This document shows positions 18,807 to 27,266 of a stretch of 64,000 bases of DNA, in pieces. The translations under genes were made by a program, and so were the position numbers. Within the stretch, counting starts at the first letter, position 1; every line of letters begins with the position of its first letter. The DNA lies in assembly GCA_903913865.1 (NCBI GenBank), contig CAIWMU010000234.1:5058-69057 (forward strand), read 5' to 3'. This DNA comes from an uncultured Verrucomicrobia subdivision 3 bacterium. GTDB lineage: Bacteria; Verrucomicrobiota; Verrucomicrobiia; Limisphaerales; UBA8199. Below the pieces are notes generated by a model. It was not told the origin of the DNA and did no database searches. It worked only from the letters and a program-made list of their open reading frames with translations.

Positions 18807-20195
18807 CTATCGCAATTCCAGATCCACCATCCCCTGACGAAACTCCACGTAGCCGCCGCCAAACCGGCGCGGCATGATGACGCTCAGGCGGGCTTTGTCC
18901 CCTCTGGCGGTTCCAGCCAGGGCCGAAGCCAGTGAACGCAGATCCCCGGTCGGTTGGCCGTTGATTCCGGCCAGCAATTGCCCCCGTTGCAGCTTGGCCT
19001 TCTCCGCAGGGCTGCCGGGCTCCACCTCCTCGATGTAGAGGTTCTCACCGGAGCGGATGCCCAGGCGCTCCGCAGTTCCCTGTGTCAGTTCCAACAACGC
19101 CAGACCCAGCTTCTGCCGGGCCAGAGCCTCCAGCTTGAGCAACTGAACGGTGAGCGTCCGGCGTTCCGCACCTTTTTTCACAATCACCTGGGATGGGCGG
19201 TCCTCCATGGCGCACAATGCGCGGTTGAACTCGATCAGGCTGTTCGGGCTCTTGCCGTTCACCTGCACCACCTGATCCCCCTTCCTCATCCCCGCCTTCC
19301 AGGCCGGGCTCTCGGTCTGAACGGAGGAAACGGTCAACGGACCGGGTGCTGCCGCGATTTGTGCCCCGAACCAGAGGGAATCGGTCCATTCCGGCGTGAA
19401 AAACCGGGTGAGCGAGGCTGAAACCTGCTTCACGGGGATGGAGAAGCCCATGCCCATGCCCTGTTGCTCCCGATAGACGGCCACATTCAGGCCGATCAAT
19501 TCGCCCCGCAGGTTCACCAGCGGGCCGCCGCTGTTGCCCGGGTTGATCGCGGCATCTGTCTGGAGCCAATCCTCGACCTTGAGCGGTTCGCTTCCTGTGG
19601 AGGGACGGCGGTTGCGCGAGCTGAGAATCCCTTTTGTGACAGAACCTCCCAGGCCGAAGGGGTTGCCCAGGGCCAGGACGGTCTCGCCGAGCAGCAGGTC
19701 ATCATCCTTTGCGAAGCGGATGGCCTTGAACTTCTCCCCGGGCTTGCTCTTGATCTTCAGCAGGGCCACATCGCTTCCCGGGGTTGCGATCAGCGGCTGC
19801 GCATCATATTCGCGCCCATCCCAAAGCTTCACCTGCACCCTGCTGGCCCGGCTCACGACATGAAAATTCGTCAGCAGATAGCCCTCCTCATCAATGATCA
19901 CCCCCGAGCCGAGGCTCACACTCCGCTCCTGGCGCGGGGCGCCGTAGTAATCGCGGAAGAGCTGCTCATAGAAATCGTGATGCTCGACCACAGTCTCCGT
20001 CGCGATGTTGACCACGCTGGGCAGGACCGTCTCGATGGCCGTCACGGCTGCATCCCGCCGGGGATCCGCTTCCGTGGTGGTGGAGGGAACAGGTGTCGTT
20101 GCCCGGGCTGTCAGGGAGAGTAAAAGCGCCCCCAGAGCCACGCCCTTCAGGAGGGCAGCGGGCCGGTCAGAATCTCTTCTTTTCGCGATGTGCAT
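18807..20195 (-). CDS. htrA: HtrA/DegP-family periplasmic serine protease with two PDZ domains
   Basis: GSGVIIDEEGYLLTNFHVV (His), DVALLKI (Asp), NPGNSGGPLVNLRGELIGLN (Ser). Alternative starts at 20216 (ATG) and 20255 (TTG). Confidence 0.9.
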   Translation of the reverse strand: MHIAKRRDSDRPAALLKGVALGALLLSLTARATTPVPSTTTEADPRRDAAVTAIETVLPSVVNIATETVVEHHDFYEQLFRDYYGAPRQERSVSLGSGVIIDEEGYLLTNFHVVSRASRVQVKLWDGREYDAQPLIATPGSDVALLKIKSKPGEKFKAIRFAKDDDLLLGETVLALGNPFGLGGSVTKGILSSRNRRPSTGSEPLKVEDWLQTDAAINPGNSGGPLVNLRGELIGLNVAVYREQQGMGMGFSIPVKQVSASLTRFFTPEWTDSLWFGAQIAAAPGPLTVSSVQTESPAWKAGMRKGDQVVQVNGKSPNSLIEFNRALCAMEDRPSQVIVKKGAERRTLTVQLLKLEALARQKLGLALLELTQGTAERLGIRSGENLYIEEVEPGSPAEKAKLQRGQLLAGINGQPTGDLRSLASALAGTARGDKARLSVIMPRRFGGGYVEFRQGMVDLELR

Positions 20196-20282
20196 GACAT
20201 TAACCTTCAGGGTCATAAACAATGGATCAGGCTGTTGGTTGCGGTGGAATTTCAAAGGGAACCCGGCAGCCGTGATTTAGTG

Positions 20283-20310
20283 ATCATAGCCCATCCATGA
20301 TCGTTTCCAA
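20283..20310 (-). promoter_or_regulatory. Putative sigma-70-type promoter upstream of htrA (TTGGAA-16 nt-TATGAT on the minus strand)
   Basis: Reverse complement of 20283..20310 reads TTGGAA acgatcatggatgggc TATGAT. Pattern match only. Confidence 0.3.
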
Positions 20311-20422
20311 GCTCCGGCTGGGGTGGGGTGGGAGCATCGGCATGGGACGTCAAGGGGTCCTGATCAACCAACCGCACAGGAAACCTGAATTTTGGGACGC
20401 GTTTGCTCGGGGGCATCAAGTG

Positions 20423-20471
20423 TGAAAAATAGAGTTTCGAGCCCTATTTTTCACGGATTATCCGCAGATGG
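20423..20471. repeat. Left copy of ~48-bp direct repeat flanking the AAA ATPase gene; contains an 11-bp AT-rich palindrome
   Basis: TGAAAAATAGAGTTTCGAGCCCTATTTTTCACGGATTATCCGCAGATGG. About 37 of 50 aligned columns match 21798..21846. The palindrome is GTGAAAAATAG/CTATTTTTCAC. Confidence 0.7.
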
Positions 20472-20633
20472 GGGGCCGGGGCTGGGGTAGTTGATGGTTT
20501 TTGGTCGATGGAGGGGAACTGGTCCGACTGGACGTGAACCTCGGGCTCTCAACCCTCAACTAATTCACAATGATCAAAACCCCGCTTGCGAGAACGGGAC
20601 AGGCTAGAGAACAAGGTGACCCTGAGTGCAGTC

Positions 20634-21797
20634 TCAGGGCTGCAGCAGGGCGGCGAACTTTTCGACCCGGGGAAAGGCGAGGACTTCGATTTTATCATCC
20701 AGCGTATAATCTCTCTCGCCAGGGTAGATGACGTAGAGGCGTTCAAGCTTCAAGTCCTCAAGGGCTGTGCGCATGGATTTTGTCGTCCGTGGGGCATCGG
20801 CGTATTTGAACTCGAAGCCCCAGCGTTTGCCGCCGCGCACAAGCATTAAATCGAGCTCGGCCCCGCTGTGGGTGGCCCAGTAGAAGGCCTCCCCCGGCTC
20901 GGCACGCAGGACGCGCAGGACGTGCTCGAGGGCCAATCCTTCCCACGAGGCCCCGAGCTTGGGGTGGGTCTGGAGTTCAGGCAGGGAACGAATGTTTTGA
21001 AGGGCGTGGAACAGGCCACTATCGCGCAGGTAGATCTTTGGCGCCTTGCGCACCCGTTTTCCGAGATTCTCAGTCCACGGTGGCAGGGCCCGGATCATGA
21101 AGGCACCGGTTAGAATGTCGAGGTAGTGCTGGGCTGTTTTATAATTAATGCCAAGGGACCCTGCGATCTCGGAGGCATTCCAGGTCTGGGCATGGTAATG
21201 GGCAATCATGAGCCAGAACCGGCGCAGGTTTTCTGCAGGGATGGTGATGCCGAGCTGCGGAATGTCACGGGTTAGAAAGGTGCGGATGAACTGCTGCCGC
21301 CAATGGTAGCTGGACTCATCAGAACTGCTCAGGTAGGACTCGGGGAATCCACCCCGGAGCCACAGGGTGTCCAGATGATCGAAGCCGACTTCGGTGGCGT
21401 CGAACCCGCTCAGGTCCACGAACCCAACCCTTCCGGCCAGCGATTCCGAAACGCCTTTGACCAAAGTGGGGGAAGCACTACCCAGAATGAGAAAGCGGGC
21501 CGGTGGATTGGGTCGATCCGCCAGGACACGCAACAGGGGAAAGAGACCTGGCTGTTGCTGAACTTCATCGATCACCACAAGGCCTGTGAGTTTGCCGAGG
21601 GTTTGCCGGGGTGTTTCCAGGCGGGCCAAATCCAATGGGTCTTCGAGATCAAAGTAGGAATCCGGACTGGCGGCGAGCATCCTGGCCAGGGTGGTTTTGC
21701 CGCACTGGCGCGGACCGAGCAGGGCAGTGACCCGGAACTGGGCCAGGGAAGCCTGAATTTGCTGACGATAGAGGTTCCGGTCAACGGCCATAATCAT
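20634..21797 (-). CDS. AAA_14-type ATPase with C-terminal DUF4143 (PD-(D/E)xK-like) domain
   Basis: Walker A GPRQCGKTTLA, Walker B LVVIDEVQ. The C-terminal ...AELDLMLVRGGKRWGFEFKY fits a D/E...E-x-K nuclease-like pattern. Confidence 0.85.
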   Translation of the reverse strand: MIMAVDRNLYRQQIQASLAQFRVTALLGPRQCGKTTLARMLAASPDSYFDLEDPLDLARLETPRQTLGKLTGLVVIDEVQQQPGLFPLLRVLADRPNPPARFLILGSASPTLVKGVSESLAGRVGFVDLSGFDATEVGFDHLDTLWLRGGFPESYLSSSDESSYHWRQQFIRTFLTRDIPQLGITIPAENLRRFWLMIAHYHAQTWNASEIAGSLGINYKTAQHYLDILTGAFMIRALPPWTENLGKRVRKAPKIYLRDSGLFHALQNIRSLPELQTHPKLGASWEGLALEHVLRVLRAEPGEAFYWATHSGAELDLMLVRGGKRWGFEFKYADAPRTTKSMRTALEDLKLERLYVIYPGERDYTLDDKIEVLAFPRVEKFAALLQP

Positions 21798-21846
21798 TGA
21801 AAAATAGTGTATGAGCCACTAATTTGCAAGGATTATTGTGATGCGG
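21798..21846. repeat. Right copy of ~48-bp direct repeat, abutting the ATPase start codon
   Basis: TGAAAAATAGTGTATGAGCCACTAATTTGCAAGGATTATTGTGATGCGG. Collinear exact 10-mer, 5-mer, 7-mer and 4-mer blocks are shared with 20423..20471. Confidence 0.7.
21801..21829 (-). promoter_or_regulatory. Putative sigma-70-type promoter of the ATPase gene inside the right repeat (TTGCAA-17 nt-TATTTT)
   Basis: The minus strand reads TTGCAA attagtggctcatacac TATTTT tca ATG. The -10 ends 3 nt before the start codon. Pattern match only. Confidence 0.3.
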
Positions 21847-22053
21847 AACGGTTCTGATGGGTCATCCTCCTCTCCCCCGGCGGAGAACCCGCAGGGCCTC
21901 CGGTGCGGTCTCTCCCCAAAAAGATGACCACTACGCAAGAGATTTATTTGTTGGGATGGCATTTTTACCACTGGCGAATTCCGGGCTCCCCATCCAGTGT
22001 TTCAACGGGTGGCAGCGTCCGGGGCAGGTTCCGGCTGGTCACCCGGAGCAGGC

Positions 22054-22707
22054 ATGGTGGAACAATCACAACTGGCGCTGCGGGATGCGGCGGAATGGCT
22101 TGGGGACTGGCACCCGCTGGCGGACCAACTTGGTTCGGCCAACGGGCTGGTGACTCTTGGCTCCGTGACTGCCCTGCTGGACCTCCCGCCCGTCACCAGC
22201 ATCGTCTCGCTTCGGAATTTGATTCGCTGCTATCTCGACCAGGTGCTGCTTCCGTTTGAGTTGCCGGCAATCAGAACCGCCCACGGCATGACGCTGCGTC
22301 ATGAACTGCGGGAGTTGATCCAGCTCGATCAGCAAATGGTTGCGGAGCGGCTGCTGGCCGGGATCTCCGAGCCGAGCCGCAGGGTGGGGCGCTGCCAGCT
22401 CCAGAAATTGCGACCGCTACGGGATGACCGGATGGTGCAGCGTTATCTGGCAGCGATCGAGACCGATCAGGCCCATGGATGGCATACGCTCGTCTATGGC
22501 ATGACCCTTGCCGTGTATTCGCTACCGCTCAGGCAGGGTCTGCTTGGCTATGCGCATCAGGCTGTCCGCAGTTTCATTTACTCAGCCGCCGGGATGCTGC
22601 GGCTTTCCGAGCACCAGTGCCGGGAACTTTTTGACGGACTCTGTGCAACTCTTCCAGCCTCCATGGAAATCCTCATCCAGGAGGAAAGCGCCAGTCCCCA
22701 CTTTTGA
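22054..22707 (+). CDS. Hypothetical all-alpha protein, weakly UreF-like
   Basis: HGWHTLVYGMTLAVYSLPLRQGLLGYAHQAVRSFIYSAAGMLRLSEHQCRELF follows the pattern of the UreF C-terminal half (H..YG...A......L..Y.........V.....L.....Q). There are no urease genes nearby. Start chosen at MVEQSQ (track ORF starts at 21997). Confidence 0.45.
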   Translation: MVEQSQLALRDAAEWLGDWHPLADQLGSANGLVTLGSVTALLDLPPVTSIVSLRNLIRCYLDQVLLPFELPAIRTAHGMTLRHELRELIQLDQQMVAERLLAGISEPSRRVGRCQLQKLRPLRDDRMVQRYLAAIETDQAHGWHTLVYGMTLAVYSLPLRQGLLGYAHQAVRSFIYSAAGMLRLSEHQCRELFDGLCATLPASMEILIQEESASPHF

Positions 22708-22791
22708 GGGGGGGGTCACAACACTCCACGGCGACCAGCCTCCTCAACTGCCCCATTCGCGTCCATCGGCGTCGATTCGCCGTTCTCCCCT

Positions 22792-23259
22792 TCCCCAGCA
22801 CCAACGGTGCGCCCCATCCCAGCCTGGGGTACAGCCCCAGGAATTGGGACATTGAAACGGCTCGAGGGCTGAAGGCCCGATCCATCGGTCCTGGCCAGGG
22901 AAACCGGAAATGAAACCGGGCCTTCAGCCCTCCATCCATTCCGGTGCCCAAATCCTATGGCGATGCCATAGGCTGGGATGGTGCCGGGCCGTTGGCCCTC
23001 GAACCAACCGGACCTGTGGCCCTTGGACAAACCGGGCGGTTGGACCCTCCCCAGCACCTACGGTGCGCACAATCCCAGCCTGGGGTACAGCCCCAGGAAA
23101 CGGGACATTGAAACGATTCAAGCGCTGAAGGCCCGGTCCATCGGTCCTGGCCAGGGAAACCGGAAATGAAACCGGGCCTTCAGCCCTCCATCCATTCCGG
23201 TGCCCAAATCCTATGGCGATGCCATAGGCTGGGATGGTGCCGGGCCGTTGGCCCTCGAA
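22792..23259. repeat. Family B structured repeat, two tandem 212-bp units (22792..23003 and 23048..23259, period 256 bp)
   Basis: The units differ at 10 positions, all within the first 88 nt; the last 124 nt are identical. Each unit carries CCTGGGG-TACAG-CCCCAGG, a long-range stem GCTGAAGGCCCGG...CCGGGCCTTCAGC, and CCTATGGC-GAT-GCCATAGG. Confidence 0.9.
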
Positions 23260-23397
23260 CATAGGTCAGACCGTTGGCCTGAAGTGCCGTGGGTCGGTCT
23301 TTTGCCCGGATGGGTCAATCGTAACGGATTCATCGTTTAGCACCCCTTTTTTCTGGTCAATGGGATGGGCAGGGTTTGTAATGGGTCAAATCATTTC

Positions 23398-24960
23398 ATG
23401 AACGAATTTTTCAACCTGGCGGATTGGCTGATGGTCTTCGTGTATCTGGCCGGAATCATAGGGTTGGGCCTGTGGTTTGGCCGGGATCAGTTGAACACCA
23501 GGGATTACTTTCTGGGGAGCAGGAACATCTCGTGGTGGGGGATCGGCCTTTCGATTGTCGCAGCCGAAACGAGCGCTCTGACCATCATCGGGGTTCCGGC
23601 CATGGCTTATGGCGGCAACATTGCCTTCATCCAGATGATCGTGGGGTATGTGATTGCCCGGATCATCCTGGCAGTTGTTCTGGTGCCGCACTACTTCAAG
23701 GGGGAGATTTATTCACCCTACCAGCTGTTTGCCGATAAATTTGGGCCGGGAGCCCGGCAGACGGCGGGCGGGCTTTTCCTGTTGAGCGAGACACTGGCCG
23801 CCGGGGTGCGTGTTTATGTGGCCAGTATTCCGGTCAAACTGATCCTTGGGGACAGGATTCTCGGGTTTGGCACCGGCGATCCGATTCTGGGGGCCATCTT
23901 CTGGTTCGTCGCCCTCTCGCTGCTCTACACCTATGTGGGCGGGGTGAAGGCGGTGATCTGGACGGACGCCGTCCAGTTCGGCCTGTTTCTCCTGGGTGGC
24001 CTTTTCACCCTGTTCTATCTGCCGACCATCTCACCCGGTGGAGCTGCCGGGCTGTTTGCCAAGTCGACGGAGGCCGGGAAGTTGCACTGGTTGAATCTGG
24101 TGCCGCCGGATGGCGTTTCCTGGGTCAAGTTCCTCCTTGGCTCACCGTTCAACTTTTGGATGGGTGTGATCGGGGGAACCGTGCTGGTGATGTCGTCGCA
24201 TGGGGCGGAGCAGTTGATCGTCCAGCGGGTGCTGGCGTGCAAGAATGTGGCGGATGGGCGCAAGGCGCTGGCCTTGAGCGCGGTTCTGATCTTTCCCCTG
24301 TTTCTGATGTTCCTGATGATCGGGGCGATGCTCTGGGCCTTTTACCAAACCCACCCGTTTCAGATACCGCTGCCGGAGCCCCGCCCGGGCATCAAGGCCA
24401 ATGACTTCATCTATCCCATCTTCATGATGACGGAGGTTCCGCATGTGCTCAGGGGCTTCCTGATTGTGGCGATTCTCTCTGCGGCGATGTCCTCGGTCAG
24501 TTCCGCGCTGACCTCCCTCGCCTCCGTCTCCACCATGGATTTTGTGAAACATGCGATGCCCGGCCGCAGTGAGGGATTTTTCCTGAAATTCAGCAAGATC
24601 TCGACCGTCTTCTGGGCGGTGGCCCTCATCGGGGTGGCCTACCTAAGCCGGCAGGTCGATTTTGTTCTGAATGCGGCGTTCCAACTCCGGGGACTCACCA
24701 GCGGGGCACTGCTTGGCGGGTTGATCCTGGCGGTCTTTCGCCCGAAAGGGTCGGGGCGGCCGGTGGTCGGAGCGATGCTCATTTCCCTGGTCTGCATGAC
24801 ATCGATCCAACTGCTGCCCAAGATGGCATGGAGCAGCGGTGCCTGGATGCGTGTGTTTGAAACAGAGGTGTTCTGGCCCTGGTATACCCTCATCGGAACC
24901 ACCATCACACTCGGGATGGCCTGGGTTCTGGGGCGGGTTCTCCCGGCGGAAAAGAAGTAA
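23398..24960 (+). CDS. Sodium:solute symporter family (SSF) transporter
   Basis: About 13 hydrophobic segments. N-terminal DYFLGSRNISWWGIGLSIVAAETSALTIIGVPAMAY is typical of SSF. Start at MNEFFNLADW. Confidence 0.85.
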   Translation: MNEFFNLADWLMVFVYLAGIIGLGLWFGRDQLNTRDYFLGSRNISWWGIGLSIVAAETSALTIIGVPAMAYGGNIAFIQMIVGYVIARIILAVVLVPHYFKGEIYSPYQLFADKFGPGARQTAGGLFLLSETLAAGVRVYVASIPVKLILGDRILGFGTGDPILGAIFWFVALSLLYTYVGGVKAVIWTDAVQFGLFLLGGLFTLFYLPTISPGGAAGLFAKSTEAGKLHWLNLVPPDGVSWVKFLLGSPFNFWMGVIGGTVLVMSSHGAEQLIVQRVLACKNVADGRKALALSAVLIFPLFLMFLMIGAMLWAFYQTHPFQIPLPEPRPGIKANDFIYPIFMMTEVPHVLRGFLIVAILSAAMSSVSSALTSLASVSTMDFVKHAMPGRSEGFFLKFSKISTVFWAVALIGVAYLSRQVDFVLNAAFQLRGLTSGALLGGLILAVFRPKGSGRPVVGAMLISLVCMTSIQLLPKMAWSSGAWMRVFETEVFWPWYTLIGTTITLGMAWVLGRVLPAEKK

Positions 24961-25054
24961 TCGCGGAGATGGAAAAACGACCCTGATTTGTAATTCACCG
25001 CCAGCCTATCCGGTGCTACGGTTGGATCAACTAAAACGAAACGAAAGGACAACC

Positions 25055-25843
25055 ATGCCACAGATGCACGAAATTGATTACAAGGTCTTCGGCGATGATT
25101 TGCAATACGTCGAAGTGGAGCTGGACCCGAACGAGGCGGCGGTCGCCGAGGCGGGCGGGATGATGTTCATGGAGGATGGGATCGAGATGGAGACCATCTT
25201 CGGGGATGGATCACAACAAACGGGCGGGTTTCTCGGCTCCCTGCTGGGTGCGGGCAAGCGGCTGCTCAGCGGCGAGAGCCTCTTCATGACGGTGTTTTCC
25301 AACCGCAGCCATGTCAGGAAAAAGGTGGCATTCGGCGCTCCCTATCCCGGGAAGATCATCCCGGTGCGGCTCGCGGATGTCGGGGGGGATTTGATGGCCC
25401 AAAAGGACTCCTTCCTTTGCGCGGCTAAGGGGGTGAGCATCGGGATCGGCTTCAACAAAAAGATCGGTGCCGGGTTGTTCGGTGGGGAGGGGTTCATCAT
25501 GCAACGTCTGCAAGGGGATGGTTGGGCGTTCCTGCATGCCGGCGGCACCATCCGCGAGATGACGCTCGCGCCCGGGGAACTCATCCGCATTGATACGGGT
25601 TGCATCGTTGCCTTTGAGCCATCCGTGGACTTCGACATCCAGTTTGTGGGCAAGCTCAAGTCGGCGCTGTTCGGCGGGGAAGGGCTTTTCTTCGCCACCC
25701 TGCGCGGACCGGGGCGCATCTGGCTTCAGTCGTTGCCATTCAGCAGACTTGCCAACCGTCTAATGGCCGCCCAGGGCGGTGGACGGGAGGAGGGCTCGGT
25801 GCTGGGCGGATTGGGACGCATTGTGGGTGGAGACAGATCCTGA
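25055..25843 (+). CDS. TIGR00266 / AIM24-family protein (DUF124)
   Basis: MPQMHEIDYKVFGDDLQYVEVELDPNEAAVAEAGGMMFMEDGIEMET... and ...GEGLFFATLRGPGRIWLQSLPFSRLA are typical of the family. The track ORF 5' extension from 24839 overlaps the symporter and was rejected. Confidence 0.85.
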   Translation: MPQMHEIDYKVFGDDLQYVEVELDPNEAAVAEAGGMMFMEDGIEMETIFGDGSQQTGGFLGSLLGAGKRLLSGESLFMTVFSNRSHVRKKVAFGAPYPGKIIPVRLADVGGDLMAQKDSFLCAAKGVSIGIGFNKKIGAGLFGGEGFIMQRLQGDGWAFLHAGGTIREMTLAPGELIRIDTGCIVAFEPSVDFDIQFVGKLKSALFGGEGLFFATLRGPGRIWLQSLPFSRLANRLMAAQGGGREEGSVLGGLGRIVGGDRS

Positions 25844-25914
25844 ACGGGTGCGCCTTGCCCGGCCTCCCGCGTGCCGGGGGGGTGCGGTCAGGGTGTTATG
25901 AACCGCGTAAAAAA

Positions 25915-26189
25915 GGGACCCGGAAAAAGTCTCACGCGAAGACGCCAAGGCGCGAAGAAGAAAAAGGATTGGGCCGGTCTGCATCCCGGCGGCTCTGCGC
26001 GATAACCTCCGTTCGGTGCGCATGGCCTTCCCCTCAGCGTTCTCAGCGGCTCCGCGTGATACATTCCCTTCCGTGGGACCCGGAAAAGTCTCGCGCGGAG
26101 AGGCGGAGGCGCAGAGAAAAGGGATTCGGGCTCTCCGCGTCTCGGCGTCTCTGCGCGATAACCTCCGTTCGGTGCGTATGGCCTTCCCC
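25915..26189. repeat. Family C palindromic repeat, two copies (25915..26033 and 26075..26189)
   Basis: Both start GGGACCCGGAAAAGTCTC and end GCGCGATAACCTCCGTTCGGTGCG(C/T)ATGGCCTTCCCC. The core is a long imperfect palindrome, GCGCGGAGAGGCGGAGGCGCAGAGA-loop-TCTCCGCGTCTCGGCGTCTCTGCGCG. Confidence 0.85.
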
Positions 26190-26216
26190 CGCGTTCCGGT
26201 CGGATGAATAGTGCAC

Positions 26217-26244
26217 AAAAAACCCCGCACTTGGAAGTGCGGGG
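26217..26244 (-). terminator. Rho-independent terminator of the coiled-coil protein gene
   Basis: The minus strand reads CCCCGCACTT-CC-AAGTGCGGGG followed by TTTTTT, 44 nt after the stop at 26288. Confidence 0.75.
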
Positions 26245-26287
26245 TCTTCAGGTCGCTCAACCGAGGAGATGAACTCCGGGTTGGACG

Positions 26288-27061
26288 TTATTTAGCGGGA
26301 GCGGCGTTTGTCGGGGTCGTGATTTTGGCCCCGCCACCGGAGCGCAGCTCCACGTTAAGATCGTAATTTGTGGTCGCAGGCTTCGGTTTCGGCTTCAGGC
26401 CGGACATCAGGGCCTGGGCGCCCTTTTGTTCGGTGCTTGAATAAAGGCCCTTGCGGATCCAATCGAGCCTGCGTGCGATGGAAAGTTCTTCTTTGAGCTT
26501 CGAAACCTGGGCACGGAGCACAGCCAGATCATTGAACTGACGCTCCAGTTCGGCCTTCTCAGCCATCAACCGTTTGAGCTCGCCCTGAAGGAAGGTCTTC
26601 TCCCCTTCCGAACTCTTGAGCTTGCGCTCCACAGAGGCGATCTGGGTGTTCAGGTTTGTGATCGCATTGCTGAGGTCCAACGCCTGCTTGTCGAGAGCCT
26701 GATTCTGGGCTTCGAGCTGGGTGATCTTCTGGTCCCGCTTGACGATTTCCTCCTGGGCCACCTTGAGCGAGGCTTCCGTCTTGTTAAGCGTGGCAGAGAC
26801 CTGGGTGAAATTGTTGGTCAGTTCGCCCAGAGCCTTGGTGAAGGTTTGCTTCTGGCTCTCCATGTCCTTTTCGAGCATGACAGTAACCTGTTCCTGCTCC
26901 CGCAACTTACCGGTGGTCTCAAGCCAGTTGTTGGAGAGGGTGAGGATGCTCGCCGTATCCTGGCGCTTCTGTTCGGCCGCCTTCTTGCGAACACTCAGCA
27001 GGCCTATCCCCAGGCCCAGACAAATCGCGATCAGCGATATCAACCCTATTCGTGTCTTCAT
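26288..27061 (-). CDS. Membrane-anchored coiled-coil protein
   Basis: N-terminal TM IGLISLIAICLGLGIGLL, then about 180 aa of heptad-like Q/E/K/L-rich sequence. Confidence 0.7.
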   Translation of the reverse strand: MKTRIGLISLIAICLGLGIGLLSVRKKAAEQKRQDTASILTLSNNWLETTGKLREQEQVTVMLEKDMESQKQTFTKALGELTNNFTQVSATLNKTEASLKVAQEEIVKRDQKITQLEAQNQALDKQALDLSNAITNLNTQIASVERKLKSSEGEKTFLQGELKRLMAEKAELERQFNDLAVLRAQVSKLKEELSIARRLDWIRKGLYSSTEQKGAQALMSGLKPKPKPATTNYDLNVELRSGGGAKITTPTNAAPAK

Positions 27062-27266
27062 AGTAATGTATTTTGACCTTCAACACGGGCTTTCGCAAGC
27101 CCAATGTCCCGGTTTGACGCTTCATTCGCGGACGGAATTCAATCCCGGAGAGGCGCTGGATCGAAGCTAAAACGAAACCAAAATTGCGAATTCTGTTGTT
27201 ATTCAGGCCGCCCGGGAGGAAAATCAGGGTGTGAGGGGCGAAGATTCTCCCCCGGATTCCGATTCC

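Noticed and set aside
20256-20633. A 380-bp gap between htrA and the ATPase gene, examined for tRNA, tmRNA, RNase P, SRP or 6S RNA signatures. The gaps at 40609..41110 and 43758..44065 were examined the same way.
   Set aside because: I could see no T-loop (GGTTCGAATCC-like) or acceptor-stem pattern, no GAGGAAAGTCC RNase P motif, and no tmRNA or SRP conserved blocks. This eye scan is weak; tRNAscan-SE and Infernal should be run.
22792-23259. Possible CRISPR array (regularly spaced repeats).
   Set aside because: There are only two units, each 212 bp long. The intervening 44 bp is too short and the units too long and too internally structured for CRISPR. No cas genes are present in the window.
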